From Ostreococcus lucimarinus (taxonomy: Eukaryota): a stretch of DNA of 64,000 nucleotides. Within the stretch, counting starts at the first letter, position 1; each line of letters begins with the position of its first letter. Position numbers and translations under genes: made by a program. Shown here one piece after another: positions 62,184 to 64,000 of the stretch. Under the pieces are notes generated by a model, which saw nothing but the letters and a program-made list of their open reading frames with translations, was not told the origin of the DNA and searched no databases. The stretch is from the NCBI GenBank assembly GCA_000092065.1, contig CP000601.1; one strand, 5' to 3'.

Positions 62184-63413
62184 ATGCGCGCGGCGTTCGG
62201 CGACGGCGCGCCGGGATTCAAATTCCAATTCCACGCGCGCGGAAAGCGACGCGAGACGACGACGCGCGCGACGCGCGCGCTCGCCGCGGCGACGCTCGCG
62301 GCGACGGTGACGACGGCGACGATGTCGCGCGCGAGCGCGCGCGGCGCGGAGGCGTCGACGTCGGCGAAACGACGCGAAGGGACGCGAGAGGAGGCGCGCG
62401 CGCGAGCCGCGAGCGGGACGACGGCGACGACGACGCGAGACGCGACGAGAGGGAGGACGCGAATCGCGAGGGACGCGAGCGAGGACGCGCGAACGACGGC
62501 GGTGTGGGTGACGACGACGGCGGGCGCGCTGGCGGGCGCGACGGCGCGCGTGTGCGTGGCGCCGTTGGACGTGATTAAGATTCGGTTGCAGGTGCAAGTC
62601 GAGCGAGGCGCGAGCGGGAAGTATCGAGGGCTGGCGGACGCGACGCGGACGATACTGCGCGAGGAGGGGGGGCGCGCGATGTGGGCGGGGACGGTGCCGG
62701 CGCTGCTGCTGTGGGTGCCGTACACGGCGATACAGTTCACGGTGTTGAATAAGTTTAAGGAGGCGGCGAGGGAGCGGGAGCGCGCGAAACCGGGATCGAC
62801 GGCGGGACTGCCGGTGAGTTTCATCGGTGGCGCCGCCGCGGGATCGGTGGCGACGGTGGCGACGTACCCGTTCGATGTCATTCGAACGTTACTGGCGAGT
62901 CAGGGTCACCCGAAGGTGTATAATAACGTGTTCGACGCCGCGCTCGGCGTCGTTCGCGAACGCGGCGTCGCCAAAGGTTTGTACGCGGGCGTCTCCGTGA
63001 CGCTCGCCGAGATCGTTCCCGCGAGCGCGGTGCAGTTCGGCTCGTACGCTGCGTTGAAATCAAACCTCCCCGAAGTGTTCGGGGAGAACGATTTCGCGTG
63101 CGGGTTCGCCGCGGGCACCATCGCGCGGCTCGTCATTCACCCGCTCGACGTCGTCAAGAAACGATTCCAAGTCGCCGGATTCTCTCGAAGTTTAGCCTAC
63201 GGCCAACGCGTCGACGCGGGCGCGTACAAAAGTTTCTTCGCCGCCGTGCGAACGATCGCGCGCAGCGAGGGCGTGGGTGGGTTTTACAAGGGCTTGATGC
63301 CGAGTCTGATCAAGTCCGCCCCCGCGAGCGCGATTACTTTTAGCGTCTTCGAAGCCGCGCGACGGTTGTTAGAGCGCGCCGCGGACGACGACGACGAGGC
63401 GCCGCGACGATAG
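62184..63413 (+). CDS. Mitochondrial carrier family protein, thiamine-pyrophosphate carrier (Tpc1/SLC25A19)-like
   Basis: PLDVIKIRLQVQ, YPFDVIRTLLASQ and HPLDVVKKRFQV are three carrier signatures. It has a long Arg/Thr-rich N-terminal extension. An alternative start lies at 62319. Confidence 0.7.
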   Translation: MRAAFGDGAPGFKFQFHARGKRRETTTRATRALAAATLAATVTTATMSRASARGAEASTSAKRREGTREEARARAASGTTATTTRDATRGRTRIARDASEDARTTAVWVTTTAGALAGATARVCVAPLDVIKIRLQVQVERGASGKYRGLADATRTILREEGGRAMWAGTVPALLLWVPYTAIQFTVLNKFKEAARERERAKPGSTAGLPVSFIGGAAAGSVATVATYPFDVIRTLLASQGHPKVYNNVFDAALGVVRERGVAKGLYAGVSVTLAEIVPASAVQFGSYAALKSNLPEVFGENDFACGFAAGTIARLVIHPLDVVKKRFQVAGFSRSLAYGQRVDAGAYKSFFAAVRTIARSEGVGGFYKGLMPSLIKSAPASAITFSVFEAARRLLERAADDDDEAPRR

Positions 63414-63525
63414 GTCGCGACGGCGAACGCGTTAGGGATCGGGACGCCGCGTCCCGAAGATGTAGAAGAGTCAGAGCCAGTCGCAGTGAGTCGAGCGCGG
63501 TCGAGCCGACGCCGTCCCGCACAAG

Positions 63526-64000
63526 ATGACGCTTTTCGACGAAGAGATCGCGCGCCTCGACGTCGAGCGCGCCGATCTCGCCGCGCGCGCTGCCCGAGAG
63601 ACCGACGACGGTCGTCGCGCGTACGTCGACGCGATCGTCGCGCGCGTCGAGCGCGCGCGCGCGACGCTCGCCGCCGCCGCCGCCGCAGATTCGGGTGTCG
63701 AAAAACCGACGACGACGGGACGCGACGTCGCGCGCGTGCACGCGCGCGATCTCACGCCGCGACGTTTTCGACTCGAATACGTCGCCACGGATACCCCGGT
63801 CGTGATCGAGGGGCTCGGGAGCGCGCTGACGGAGGACGGCGCGGACGGCGAGACGTGCGCGTGGTTGACGCGGCGCGCCGGGAATAAAAAAGTCGCCGTC
63901 ACGAGGAAGGATGGTCACCGACGCGCGACGCTGTCGTGCGAGGTGACGGACGTTTTGGATTTAAAGGACTTTTTCGCGGAAGTCGTGGACGATCGAGGGG
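63526..64000 (+). CDS. Partial CDS continuing beyond the window. Possible cupin/JmjC-like protein, N-terminal part only.
   Basis: An open frame with strong GC3 bias begins at ATG 63526: MTLFDEEIARLDVERADLAA...RDLTPRRFRLEYVATDTPVVIEGLGSALTEDGADGETCAWLTRRAGNKKVAVT. There is no stop before the window end. It is not in the ORF track because it is incomplete. Confidence 0.35.
   Translation, partial: MTLFDEEIARLDVERADLAARAARETDDGRRAYVDAIVARVERARATLAAAAAADSGVEKPTTTGRDVARVHARDLTPRRFRLEYVATDTPVVIEGLGSALTEDGADGETCAWLTRRAGNKKVAVTRKDGHRRATLSCEVTDVLDLKDFFAEVVDDRG

Noticed and set aside
61986-62881. 203- and 283-aa minus ORFs over the TPC carrier gene, and the AT-rich start MIHIYPITYIF of the CYP97 ORF at 61989
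   Set aside because: They are antisense to the carrier gene. The 61989 start lies in AT-rich intergenic DNA with non-genic codon usage, so CYP97 starts at the first GC-context Met (61800).

Overview
This window is a ~66% GC, gene-dense nuclear segment from a eukaryote, not a prokaryote. The encoded proteins are conserved eukaryotic housekeeping, organelle and trafficking proteins: eIF3e, TAF2, AP-2 alpha-adaptin, Derlin, UBE3C-type HECT ligase, KLHDC4, DDX5-type DEAD-box helicase, a PPR protein, CYP97, a thylakoid-lumen-type FKBP and mitochondrial carriers. Intergenic spacers are mostly 50–280 bp (up to ~770 bp) and most genes are single exon. The combination of PPR, CYP97 and a lumenal FKBP in an intron-poor, GC-rich, compact genome points to a green picoalga of the Mamiellales (Micromonas-like). 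That assignment is an inference from gene content and composition only. I call about 33 protein-coding genes (one partial at the 3' edge), with no rRNA, tRNA, CRISPR or obvious transposon. The main non-obvious result is a set of eight short spliceosomal introns (85–275 nt) that the six-frame ORF track hides. Every one sits within the first ~70 codons of its gene, and all share a GTGCG(G/A/T) donor and a (G)ACTGACG branch site 25–37 nt before a (C)AG acceptor. They restore conserved N-termini of eIF3e, AP-2 alpha, Derlin and TAF2, reconnect a split PARP-type zinc finger to an SNF2/RING ATPase, and join two halves of a radical-SAM-fold protein that lacks the Cys triad. Other notable features are eight head-to-head gene pairs with spacers of roughly 100–390 bp, convergent pairs whose stop codons lie 18–165 bp apart, and a WW-domain mini-protein 80 bp downstream of eIF3e. 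Many long ORFs in the track are antisense or frame artefacts of GCG/CGC codon periodicity and are rejected. Intron coordinates assume exactly 10 bases per printed block and could be off by 1–2 nt.
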